In this document: positions 7,941-17,164 of the stretch, piece after piece | Layout: every line of letters starts with the position of its first letter | Position numbering within the stretch: the first letter of the stretch is position 1 | Virus record (IMG/VR): IMGVR_UViG_3300027754_000044 | Strand: one strand, 5' to 3' | Origin: a virus | DNA length: 64,000 nt | Program-made: the position numbers and the translations under genes | Notes under the pieces: model-generated | What the model saw: only the letters and a program-made list of their open reading frames with translations | Told to the model about the DNA's origin: nothing | The model's database searches: none

Positions 7941-10052
7941 TTATGCGGCAATTTTCTCAATAAATTTTGATAAGAGAACTCGACTAACACCACGGCGAAT
8001 ATTGACTTTTATAAATGCCTTCGCGAGAGAATTTTTGGTCTCATAAACTTCATCACCCAACAAAGAATCCTCAGTTTGAATTTCGTCACCACCATGAATC
8101 AAGAAATAATCATCAAATTTCAGATACCCTTTCATGTGAAAATATTTTTGTTTCCGCATTTTTCTGTAATTTATATCTGATGTTTCGCTTTGATTAGGAT
8201 ATGCTAAATTAATTGTTCTTTTGATTCGTGAATTTGAATTTTCAATACGATAGCAAATTACATTAACTGAGCATCGATTTTTGAGAAATTCAACAAAAAC
8301 ATTAGTGTTAGTCTCATAGTCATCAGTTGATTTTTTTTGTATTACAATTTCTTCTTTTGTCTGGATATCGCGAGCAACTAATTTATATTTGTAGTGATAT
8401 GTTAAATTATTATATCCAACGTCAGTCCTATAATGGCTAACAGTAGATTCACCATCAGTCATAACAACACAATTAACTATTTGTGCATTTGTCTGTTTTT
8501 TGAAATCTACGATCAATTTACGAGCATAAATCAATGCTGAATTTAACGGTGTGCCATTTAAATGAATACAATTAGAATACCATGAATCATTTCCTAGTTT
8601 ACGAAATTTCCAATTTTTCTGATTACATCCATCTGCAAAATTCAAAAGCCATTGACCCATTTCAGAAAACTGATTATTTCGCATTTTTTCCGTGAAGAGT
8701 TCTATTAATTTATCTGCACCCTTTACAGAAATATCACCTATCTTATCATCGAGAAACTCAGGACTCTGCATATATTTTTCAGATATCGTTTGATCAGTAA
8801 ATGCATAAACACGATGTGGAATATTAACCCTGCGGCAAAATAAAGTCAAGCACAATAATTGTTCAATTGTTCCTAGCATATTTTCTGTCATAGATCCAGA
8901 AAAATCAACAAAAAGAACTAATCCATGATTTTTAGATTCTGGCAATATTGTTGTTTTTTTGAAGATATCATCAATGATCTTATATGCATGTAGTTTATTA
9001 CAATTAATAACCCCTGTTTTTGATTCACGCTGTCTAATATAATGATCAGCAGCTTTTTTCATTTCAAATTCTTTAACGAGATAAGAAACGACTTTACTGT
9101 TTACATTCAAGAATTTATTCCAAGAAATCTTATTTTGTTTGGCGATTTTAGAATTTAAATCTTTAGATAAATCATCATTGTTTGAATGATTTCTGAATCT
9201 ATACATGTATTCAGATTTTATATATGCGTCTTTTTCATCTCTAAACATCTGAAGAAGAGATGAAAAAGGGAGAGTTATATTTTTATATTCTTTATCTTGA
9301 ACATTTACATAATAAATTGGTTTTGATTTATCATCAATCAATTGTTCTGCAATAGTATCATCCATTGATGTTTGTGTATCACAGGAGAATAGATCTTGAT
9401 CTTGATCTTCTTCGTCTTCTTCTGTGAAAAACTCATCACTTTCCATATGTTCTGATTGATCTTCATCCTCATCTTCATCAATCTGGATGAAGATATCACC
9501 ACCGCGTGTATCTCCTTCTTCTTCTTTTTTCTTCAAGAATTCAAATATCCGATGTGTGATATCCACAACTTCATCCCAAGTTTTGGCAGATTCAGTATCA
9601 TCGACAAAACATTTTTCATCTTCTTGAAACATAATATTCTGGAATGATCCTATCTTAAAATGCAGATTTAGGCGATCCAAGAAATTCATGGTTTCTATAT
9701 TTTTTTCTTTGATCTTGAAAAAATCTTTATCAAAGAGCTCTTTATATCCTTCATAAAAATCACGGCGAAGACCTGGATATTTGATCTTCATTTTACGCTC
9801 AATTCGAGCGTCTTCTACGATATTACATATAGTCTTTTCTTCGGTAACCAAACCACTCCAACCAGAATCGGGAGTATACAAAGCGTGACCAACTTCGTGA
9901 CCTACTAATAGAGTTTCTAATGTGGGGGTGATATCTTTCCACATTGGGAGAGTTAGAATTCGATTTTTGGTATCGAAAGAAGCTGTAGGCGCGTTACGAT
10001 GCTCAACAACAATATTTTCTGTTGCTAGGAGCTTTGCAAGTTTGTCGATCAT
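7941..10052 (-). CDS. CobT-like partner protein: N-terminal HExxH metallopeptidase-like domain plus vWA domain
   Basis: LLATENI.VEH, HEVGH, N.VEDARIE, acidic linker, MIDAS DFSGS, GTPLN, MTDGE; adjacent to cobS. Confidence 0.85.
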   Translation of the reverse strand: MIDKLAKLLATENIVVEHRNAPTASFDTKNRILTLPMWKDITPTLETLLVGHEVGHALYTPDSGWSGLVTEEKTICNIVEDARIERKMKIKYPGLRRDFYEGYKELFDKDFFKIKEKNIETMNFLDRLNLHFKIGSFQNIMFQEDEKCFVDDTESAKTWDEVVDITHRIFEFLKKKEEEGDTRGGDIFIQIDEDEDEDQSEHMESDEFFTEEDEEDQDQDLFSCDTQTSMDDTIAEQLIDDKSKPIYYVNVQDKEYKNITLPFSSLLQMFRDEKDAYIKSEYMYRFRNHSNNDDLSKDLNSKIAKQNKISWNKFLNVNSKVVSYLVKEFEMKKAADHYIRQRESKTGVINCNKLHAYKIIDDIFKKTTILPESKNHGLVLFVDFSGSMTENMLGTIEQLLCLTLFCRRVNIPHRVYAFTDQTISEKYMQSPEFLDDKIGDISVKGADKLIELFTEKMRNNQFSEMGQWLLNFADGCNQKNWKFRKLGNDSWYSNCIHLNGTPLNSALIYARKLIVDFKKQTNAQIVNCVVMTDGESTVSHYRTDVGYNNLTYHYKYKLVARDIQTKEEIVIQKKSTDDYETNTNVFVEFLKNRCSVNVICYRIENSNSRIKRTINLAYPNQSETSDINYRKMRKQKYFHMKGYLKFDDYFLIHGGDEIQTEDSLLGDEVYETKNSLAKAFIKVNIRRGVSRVLLSKFIEKIAA

Positions 10053-10079
10053 GATTTTTTTCCGTAATTTAACAATACC

Positions 10080-10110
10080 ATTATACTATCATGAAGGTTA
10101 ATTGTCAAGG
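10080..10110 (-). promoter_or_regulatory. Early sigma70 promoter
   Basis: CCTTGACAATTA...; TTGACA-N17-TATAAT. Confidence 0.85.
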
Positions 10111-10111
10111 C

Positions 10112-10816
10112 CTATTTTATTGCTAAAAATCCTACAAACGCATGGTTTTGCCAAAAAGATTCAATTTTGCTAAAACCTGCAGCTTTGCACATATTTAGTA
10201 ATTCTTTACGGGTGTTTGGTTTAGCCATCGACCGCAAAGTTTTTTCTTTATCCATAATATCGTCAGTTGTGAAACTTTTTCTTTTATAGTCGTAATATGT
10301 AAAAGTTCTAATATCTTGAATTTTTGCAGAGTCCGCCATGGTCTTCTCAGAAAAAACGAATGCACCACCGGAATTTAATCCATTATATACATTTTTGATA
10401 ACTTCCATTCGCTGATGCGGTGGCATAAACATCAGAGTGAAGATCGAAGAAACGAAGGAACAATTTTCAAAATCATAATCTCGAACATCAATATTGTAAA
10501 AATACAAATTTGGTATGAAATTTTCTTTCGTTGAAGACGTCCATTCATCTGACCGTTTCGGCCATTCTTCAGCGAATTTTTCTTCTAGTTCAATTCCAAT
10601 ATACGATGCTCTTTTAGAAAAAGAATTTTGATTGATCATAGTTTTCAACATTTTTCCAGTAGAGCAACCAATATCAACGACTTTTGTATCATCTTCCACA
10701 AAATATTCTGAAAGTTTCAATACATCGTCTATAAGATTAGAATACCCTCGTATAGACAAATCTATGTGTGTATCGAATCCTTCAGAACGTTGTGCGAATG
10801 TAAAAGGTTGTGTCAT
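10112..10816 (-). CDS. cmoA: CmoA-like carboxy-SAM synthase
   Basis: F..HI..SIRGY, DIGCSTG, FTLMF, L.SGGAFVFSEK, DYKR, AGF..IE.FWQ...F.G..A.K are collinear with E. coli CmoA as recalled. Confidence 0.82.
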   Translation of the reverse strand: MTQPFTFAQRSEGFDTHIDLSIRGYSNLIDDVLKLSEYFVEDDTKVVDIGCSTGKMLKTMINQNSFSKRASYIGIELEEKFAEEWPKRSDEWTSSTKENFIPNLYFYNIDVRDYDFENCSFVSSIFTLMFMPPHQRMEVIKNVYNGLNSGGAFVFSEKTMADSAKIQDIRTFTYYDYKRKSFTTDDIMDKEKTLRSMAKPNTRKELLNMCKAAGFSKIESFWQNHAFVGFLAIK

Positions 10817-12024
10817 GATATATCCTTGTATGGTTTCAATATATTTTTATAAACGTGGCTTGCTAAAGCGAACATCATCTTCGGAGCAACCATTCTTCCG
10901 ATGCGCTCTGCTTGTTGATCGAAAGTTCCTGTCAATTCATAATCATCAGGAAGGCTCATTATACGCTTCAATTCTTTAATTGTCAACTTGCGATCTTCAT
11001 TATAATGTATAACGCCCGATGCACCTTTTTGTTGACCTGTCTGTGTTAAAGTCGGACACGGAAGATGTCGAGCTGGTCGTTTCAAATTGAAACAAGTTTC
11101 TTTTGGCTGAAGAACTTTAGGTGGATTTTTTGGTAACAAACCCACAAACTTTTTCAGGAACCCATTTTCAACAACATCTAATAGTTCTTTCACTTCTTGT
11201 GGGTCATTAACTATATCTCCAATCGCTTTTTCTATAGCAACTTCTTTAGAATATTTTCCATGTTCTTTCGGAGTAGATGGGTTTGGAAATACCACGCTAT
11301 TGACATTTAAAATGTTCAATCCGATTGAATTAGCAACATCATCCCTCACACAAACAAAGAACGTTCTTTGTCTACTCTGTGCAACTCCATACTCTGCAGC
11401 ATTCAATACTTTATATGTGGTAAGATATCCGATCTTTTCGAATCCATTAATGAACTCAGCTAATTTAGCTCTAGCTGTATCCATTGTTAATCCCTTCACA
11501 TTTTCAGCAATGATCACTTTAGGTTTTATATCTTTCGCGATCCTAATAAACTCATTGAAAAGATCCTCAATAGCTTCTACTGTCTTCCCGTCAGAATACG
11601 ACTTTATGCCAGAATGAACTTCAATCGAACCTTCGTGGATCATCTCTCCGTCATCATCAAAATATGATTTTCGAGTATCTAAAATTGCGCCCTTCCAATT
11701 CTTTCCTTTAGACGAAGAAGAAACAGAAAATGCAGAACACGGAGGCGAGCCATCAAATATATCTAATTCGCCTTCTTTTAACCCAGATACATCAAGAAAA
11801 TCTTTTCCAGAAAGTTTTTTTATATCACCTGGAATAATTTTAGTGTCTGGGAAATTTAATGAATATGTCTTAATAGCTTCCTCAACAAATTCATTTATCG
11901 CAAGAACATTTCCACCAGCCAAACGATATCCAGTAGATGATCCACCTCCACCAGCAAATGTAGAAATTACAGTGAATAATTTTTTCGATGATTCTGAAGT
12001 AACATCACTTTTAAAGTATGGCAT
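10813..12024 (-). CDS. C5-cytosine DNA methyltransferase-family enzyme, probable carboxymethyltransferase
   Basis: FAGGGG (I), GSPPC (IV), ENVKG (VI), QSRQR (VIII), motif X variant IGRMV; ATGA overlap with the cmoA-like gene. Confidence 0.9.
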   Translation of the reverse strand: MPYFKSDVTSESSKKLFTVISTFAGGGGSSTGYRLAGGNVLAINEFVEEAIKTYSLNFPDTKIIPGDIKKLSGKDFLDVSGLKEGELDIFDGSPPCSAFSVSSSSKGKNWKGAILDTRKSYFDDDGEMIHEGSIEVHSGIKSYSDGKTVEAIEDLFNEFIRIAKDIKPKVIIAENVKGLTMDTARAKLAEFINGFEKIGYLTTYKVLNAAEYGVAQSRQRTFFVCVRDDVANSIGLNILNVNSVVFPNPSTPKEHGKYSKEVAIEKAIGDIVNDPQEVKELLDVVENGFLKKFVGLLPKNPPKVLQPKETCFNLKRPARHLPCPTLTQTGQQKGASGVIHYNEDRKLTIKELKRIMSLPDDYELTGTFDQQAERIGRMVAPKMMFALASHVYKNILKPYKDIS

Positions 12025-12559
12025 TTTGTCTCTGTTTTTGTTTCATGTAAATTTTTTGTTTGCGTTTTGCTTTTTCTACATGATATGGTTTAGCCGTATT
12101 CGTATAGAGTATTCCTTGCAGATGATCATATTCGTGCAGGAATACTCTAGCGGTCATACCATCAAATTTTATTGTATCTGTAAAATTTTCACAAGTTGTA
12201 TATCGAACACGAACTGCGCTATTACGTTTCATCCGAATAAATAGCCCAGGGAATGTCAGACATCCTTCGTCATAGTAAACATCTTTTCCTATCTCTTCGA
12301 TAAGTTTTGGATTAAATACTGGTATGATGGAAGATCGATCTGATGGATTTCCCATAATAAAAACATTCAAAGGAATACCACATTGCGGAGCAGCTAATCC
12401 TATGCCTCGCTCTTTACACATAAGATCACACATACTTTCGAATAATTCTTTTGGATCATAGATTCCAACCACATCAAAATCAAAATCTTCAGCTTTTTGA
12501 CGGAGGATAGGATGATCTGCACTCACTAAAGATAATTTCATAATTCCATCCTTGTCCAC
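12011..12559 (-). CDS. def: Peptide deformylase
   Basis: GIGLAAPQ, EGCLT, HEYDHLQG. Confidence 0.95.
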   Translation of the reverse strand: MDKDGIMKLSLVSADHPILRQKAEDFDFDVVGIYDPKELFESMCDLMCKERGIGLAAPQCGIPLNVFIMGNPSDRSSIIPVFNPKLIEEIGKDVYYDEGCLTFPGLFIRMKRNSAVRVRYTTCENFTDTIKFDGMTARVFLHEYDHLQGILYTNTAKPYHVEKAKRKQKIYMKQKQRQNAIL

Positions 12560-12753
12560 TCTTTACCACAAACTAAACATTCCATTATTCCTATTCTAGA
12601 ACAAGTTTCACTAACAACATTTCCGTGTTTATCATAAACTTCAGTTTGATGCATCGGAGTAAATTTCTCACCCTTAACTATTCTGCAATCAACGCGATCA
12701 CAATCCACAATAGGTGAATTAGATCCATATTCAGATAAAAATTCTTTTGTCAT
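12538..12753 (-). CDS. Hypothetical Cys-containing small protein
   Basis: ORF overlaps both neighbours; CxxC near the C-terminus. Confidence 0.5.
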   Translation of the reverse strand: MTKEFLSEYGSNSPIVDCDRVDCRIVKGEKFTPMHQTEVYDKHGNVVSETCSRIGIMECLVCGKEWTRMEL

Positions 12754-13421
12754 ATAATCTCCAAATTTCCAGAAATAGATATTCTGTATTCATCACTCGT
12801 ATAAAACGGATATACAGCATGTTGCATTTTTGCATCAAAAATAATCATAGTATCCTGACGCGATTTATCTACAATTATCGAATGCTGATTAACACCAGAC
12901 CTTGCAAGATGATCGGGATAATTAAAAATGAAATTTCCTGCAACAATTGTGTTTCCGACATCAGCAAGCTCTTTTTCTTTTTCTATATCGTATGGTATCT
13001 TATGCCATATTACGAAAGAAAGATCTCCACCATGATGATGGAGTGGATTAATTTCATACTTCTTTTGAAAATTAATCCATAAATCTTTAATGGGATAACC
13101 ATATTCTTCGCTTATTTTTTTACTAATCGCCAGTCTATGTTCTTTCTGTGCGTTCGGATGATCCCAATAATCCCAATATCTAGGAGCCACGACTTTTAAA
13201 AATTGATCCAAATAATCCACGCTTTCCGTCAAAATATATTCATGACGAATGGATCCTGCCAAATGCGGATTATAACTAATGCAATCTCTAAAATCAGTTG
13301 CCAACATTCTCTGAACTTCAACTTCTATACATTGCGTAACACTAGGAGGAACTGGACACGAAGCATATCCAAGTTTGTATATTTCGTTAAAAGATACAGA
13401 TATATTTTCTGATTCACTCAT
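12750..13421 (-). CDS. Putative 2OG-Fe(II) oxygenase (TIGR02466-like)
   Basis: WINFQ...NPLHHH...LSFVIW, H.VYPF, RISISGN. Confidence 0.75.
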   Translation of the reverse strand: MSESENISVSFNEIYKLGYASCPVPPSVTQCIEVEVQRMLATDFRDCISYNPHLAGSIRHEYILTESVDYLDQFLKVVAPRYWDYWDHPNAQKEHRLAISKKISEEYGYPIKDLWINFQKKYEINPLHHHGGDLSFVIWHKIPYDIEKEKELADVGNTIVAGNFIFNYPDHLARSGVNQHSIIVDKSRQDTMIIFDAKMQHAVYPFYTSDEYRISISGNLEII

Positions 13422-15127
13422 AATGATATCCTAGAAAAGTTTTTATGTTTTTCAAATTTGATCGTGCTTCTAAATTTATCCTGCATGATATCGCCTTTAT
13501 GTGATATCACGAATACATTTGCATCTTCTAAACTGTGGATTAGTTTCAAAAACTCTTCACATCCATTCGCGTCCAACGATGCGTCGAAAACTTCATCCAA
13601 TATAAGGAGATTTGTATTTGCACTATTTTTCATCCTAGCGATTGTTCTCCACGTGAAAAGTAAAGCCAAATCTATTCTCATCTTTTCACCCTCACTGAAT
13701 GAATCGTAAGTGAAGTCGTCTCTATGTCTAGAAAGAATCGTTTCCTCAAAAGATTCGTCTAATTGAAACTTAACAAAGAAATCCATTGCAGCTAGATATT
13801 TGTTAATCAGAGAATTCATAATCGGAATATATTGCTTGATGATTCGTGACTTAATTCCACCATCCCTCAGTATGATGCCAGCTAATTCATACAATTCTTT
13901 TTTATGCAGAAGTAAATCTTTTGTTAATTTTAACTCATCCAATCGCTTTTGGATTTCGTCGATCTCAACATCAGTTTCTGTTTCTTTATCCGCTGTGGTA
14001 TCCGAGATTTGCTTTTGCAAAATAGCAATTTCACGTTGATCCGCGAGAACAGAAGCTGACAAATCATTTGTAATCCTTCGCTCCTTACCTTTGATGTTTC
14101 TATTAATCTCAGATATTTCCTGCTGCCTATTTTGAGTCTCACTGAGTTCTTTTCCAAGAACAATAAGCGCGTCGCTAATCTTATCCAATGTCGATTGCTT
14201 TTCAGAAATTTTAGTGGACTTGATACTCGTGTCGATCGTCTGAGTGCAGGTAGGACAATTATCGTGTTCTTCATAAAATTTTATAGTCTTTTTGGCTTTA
14301 GTTTTGGTAGATTCTAAATCGCTCTCTAATAATTCGATCTTAGATATTCTCTTAATCACTTTGGATTCATCTTGAATACTGATCAATAGCTCATCAATCT
14401 CATTTTGAACTATAGTGATTTCTCCATTCACCCTGTCAACATTTGACTGTAGTTCAGATATTCTATCGATGGCGAGAGCGACAATCTCATTTTTCTTTTC
14501 ACTATTTTTTTTCTTTTGTTTCTCGTGTAGCTCTAATATGTCTGTGGAGTTTTGAATGTCGTTTTTATTCGTTAAGATGTTATCTTTATTACCGGATATC
14601 CTATCCTTCAATAAAACAGACATCGTAGAAAAGATTCGAATGTCTAAAAGATCTTCAATCACTTCTCTGCGAACTCCTGCGGGGAGTTGCATGAATGGAA
14701 CAAAAGATGATGATCCTAAAATTACGATCTGAGTGAACGACTTCATGTTCATTCTCAGAATATTCTTCTCTAGATACTCCTGATAGTCTCTACTAGCAGC
14801 GTCCTGATCTAATAAAGCACCATTCTGATATATTTCAAAAATCGTAGGTTTTATTCCGCGAATAATTTTATATTTCTTGTTGTATATTTCGAATTCAATT
14901 TCAACAACAACATCGCGACCATTTATGGAATTGATGAGCTGATCTTTTTTGATCTTACGAAAAGGCTTACCATAAAGAACGAAACAAAGAGCATCTAGAA
15001 CTGAAGATTTTCCAGCACCATTTTCTCCAACAACTAGAGTATTTGTATTTCTATCTAATAGAATCTCTGTAAAGGCGCTTCCTGTAGACAGTAAATTTTT
15101 CCATCTAACAGATTTAAATTTTAGCAT
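13418..15127 (-). CDS. gp46: Recombination endonuclease ATPase subunit (Rad50/SbcC-like)
   Basis: GENGAGKS, CPTC hook, FSEGEKMRIDLALL, LILDE, ISH. Confidence 0.97.
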   Translation of the reverse strand: MLKFKSVRWKNLLSTGSAFTEILLDRNTNTLVVGENGAGKSSVLDALCFVLYGKPFRKIKKDQLINSINGRDVVVEIEFEIYNKKYKIIRGIKPTIFEIYQNGALLDQDAASRDYQEYLEKNILRMNMKSFTQIVILGSSSFVPFMQLPAGVRREVIEDLLDIRIFSTMSVLLKDRISGNKDNILTNKNDIQNSTDILELHEKQKKKNSEKKNEIVALAIDRISELQSNVDRVNGEITIVQNEIDELLISIQDESKVIKRISKIELLESDLESTKTKAKKTIKFYEEHDNCPTCTQTIDTSIKSTKISEKQSTLDKISDALIVLGKELSETQNRQQEISEINRNIKGKERRITNDLSASVLADQREIAILQKQISDTTADKETETDVEIDEIQKRLDELKLTKDLLLHKKELYELAGIILRDGGIKSRIIKQYIPIMNSLINKYLAAMDFFVKFQLDESFEETILSRHRDDFTYDSFSEGEKMRIDLALLFTWRTIARMKNSANTNLLILDEVFDASLDANGCEEFLKLIHSLEDANVFVISHKGDIMQDKFRSTIKFEKHKNFSRISL

Positions 15128-16191
15128 TCATCCAGTTCCATAGATAAAGACTCAGTATATAACGAATGCATTAATTTGTCAAGGTCTTTTTTATCAACAT
15201 TGGTTTCTAAGTTTCCAACATATTTGGACAAAATTGTTAAAGTGTCTTCAGCTTCGTTGGCTAAGTCATTTGTGTCGATGTCGTTCATATTTCTGTGATC
15301 GTCAACAATCGTAACATCTGACGGAGATGCTTCGTAAATTTTATTTACAAACAAGTCAAACCAATAAGGATTGGTTTTATTCTGAACAATGACTTTCACG
15401 TATGAAGATTTCAAATGATCAAAATTTTGGCTTAGAAGTTTATCTAGCGTCTGTTCAGCGTCGTCATACCAAACTTTATAAAACATCTTATTCGTGTTTT
15501 CAATAAATTCTAGTTCTCTAGTTTCAGTATCCCATATATGAAACCCGCGAGGATCTCCATGATCTGACCAAGTTATTTCATAAGGAGTTCCTACATATTT
15601 GATGTTTCCACTTTCTGATTTTCTATGAAAGTGTCCAGAAAACACAGTATCAAATTTATCAAATTTAGAAACATCAAATCCGTCATGAGAAGGCATTCCC
15701 CTATACATCTCAAAGCCCTTTATTTCTAAATGACCAAATAAAATTTGAGCCTTAGTTGTCTTCATTATATCCATGCATTCTTCATAGTTAGAACTATTAA
15801 TCCATGGCATCATTAATACTTTACAACCATCAATTTCTATTTCTTTAGGATCAGCATAAGAATTAAGAGAGGTGTGTTCAGAAAATAATTCATTCATCGA
15901 ATTTATAGAATTCGTGTTCCTAAACGGAACGTCATGGTTTCCAATAAGAACGTGTAGGGTAATATTGTTGTCTCTGTGTTTATCAATAAACGATTTGAGT
16001 TTATTCAGAGTCAAATAATTGATGAACTTTCTACGATCAACGATATCTCCAAGCTGAATAACTTCACTAATCCCGCGTTTCTCTAATTCTGGAAAATAAA
16101 TTTCCTCAAAAAATTTGTCGAAATAAGAAAGAAATTCTTGACTATCGTTCCTTGCGCCAAAGTGTAAATCTCCAAGTATGGCTATTTTCAT
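15121..16191 (-). CDS. gp47: Recombination endonuclease subunit (Mre11/SbcD-like)
   Basis: GDLHFG, GD.VDRR, GNHD, GHLE, SGHFH. Confidence 0.97.
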   Translation of the reverse strand: MKIAILGDLHFGARNDSQEFLSYFDKFFEEIYFPELEKRGISEVIQLGDIVDRRKFINYLTLNKLKSFIDKHRDNNITLHVLIGNHDVPFRNTNSINSMNELFSEHTSLNSYADPKEIEIDGCKVLMMPWINSSNYEECMDIMKTTKAQILFGHLEIKGFEMYRGMPSHDGFDVSKFDKFDTVFSGHFHRKSESGNIKYVGTPYEITWSDHGDPRGFHIWDTETRELEFIENTNKMFYKVWYDDAEQTLDKLLSQNFDHLKSSYVKVIVQNKTNPYWFDLFVNKIYEASPSDVTIVDDHRNMNDIDTNDLANEAEDTLTILSKYVGNLETNVDKKDLDKLMHSLYTESLSMELDEC

Positions 16192-16769
16192 GTAGCGGCT
16201 TTCTGTTTATTTTTCTTTTTCTTAATCAGAGCCTTTTTCTCGAAGTCGTCCATGAACGTATCCATCTGTTCTTGAGACCATTCGCCATATTGTATCTTAT
16301 CATTATAGTCATGTCCACGGTCATGATCCTGAAGTTGTGAAGTTTCATGGACCATATTTGCCCGTCCTATAGCTGCATATTTTGTATACAGATATTTTTT
16401 CTCTTTCATGATCCTACGAATGAATGCGAAGTAAATTATCTGAGTAAAATATGCAAATGGATTTTTGGATTTGGCTGGATCAAAATTACTAATGTATTGT
16501 AGACAATTTTCTACACCATCAGAAATCATTTCTTCTCTAAATGTGTAATTAGAAAAGTTAGGCTTGTATGCTAAGTGAGTGGAAATTTTCATAATACACT
16601 CTCCAATGTAATTGGATATTCTTGCAGGAGGAGCATTCGCAGAAACACTTTCGTTATATTTCGCTTTATATTCTATCATCGCTTGATACAACTTAGCATT
16701 GTCGACGTAATGGGGTCTCATTTTAGCAGAGATCGCTTTAGTAGTGACCTCTTTGGCGGTGATCGTCAT
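16188..16769 (-). CDS. gp55: Late-transcription sigma factor
   Basis: HYVDN, NYIGEC..KI, PNF.NY, EMISDG.ENC, NPFAYFTQI. Confidence 0.97.
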   Translation of the reverse strand: MTITAKEVTTKAISAKMRPHYVDNAKLYQAMIEYKAKYNESVSANAPPARISNYIGECIMKISTHLAYKPNFSNYTFREEMISDGVENCLQYISNFDPAKSKNPFAYFTQIIYFAFIRRIMKEKKYLYTKYAAIGRANMVHETSQLQDHDRGHDYNDKIQYGEWSQEQMDTFMDDFEKKALIKKKKNKQKAAT

Positions 16770-16780
16770 AATATATTTCC

Positions 16781-17164
16781 TTAGTGAATGAGATCGTTTA
16801 TTGTATTAGCGTTAAGAAGATTATTTAAATCAGGATTTTTTTCGATGGCTTCATACAAATCCTGTATATTTTTTAGCACATCTATCTTGGAAGATTTTAT
16901 ACGATTTTCATATGTCGTTTTCATCTTTTCTGGCGCTTGAGAAAAAGTTATTATGTTAAATTTGTAAATTTGAAATATAGATTCCATAAGCTCTTCGAGT
17001 GGAACCCACGGGATCATTGCTGTACCAATAATATTCGTTGCTGGATCTCGTGTATACATAAACCTAAATGGGCAAGTTATAAAATAACATTCATCATCTT
17101 CGTCCAAAACTGTAGCAATAATATCTTCGCCATTGCTAACTTTAACATATACAATATCACTCAT
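16781..17164 (-). CDS. Conserved hypothetical protein (Sm-like type) between uvsW and gp55
   Basis: VKVSNGEDIIA...PW motif; conserved synteny. Confidence 0.65.
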   Translation of the reverse strand: MSDIVYVKVSNGEDIIATVLDEDDECYFITCPFRFMYTRDPATNIIGTAMIPWVPLEELMESIFQIYKFNIITFSQAPEKMKTTYENRIKSSKIDVLKNIQDLYEAIEKNPDLNNLLNANTINDLIH

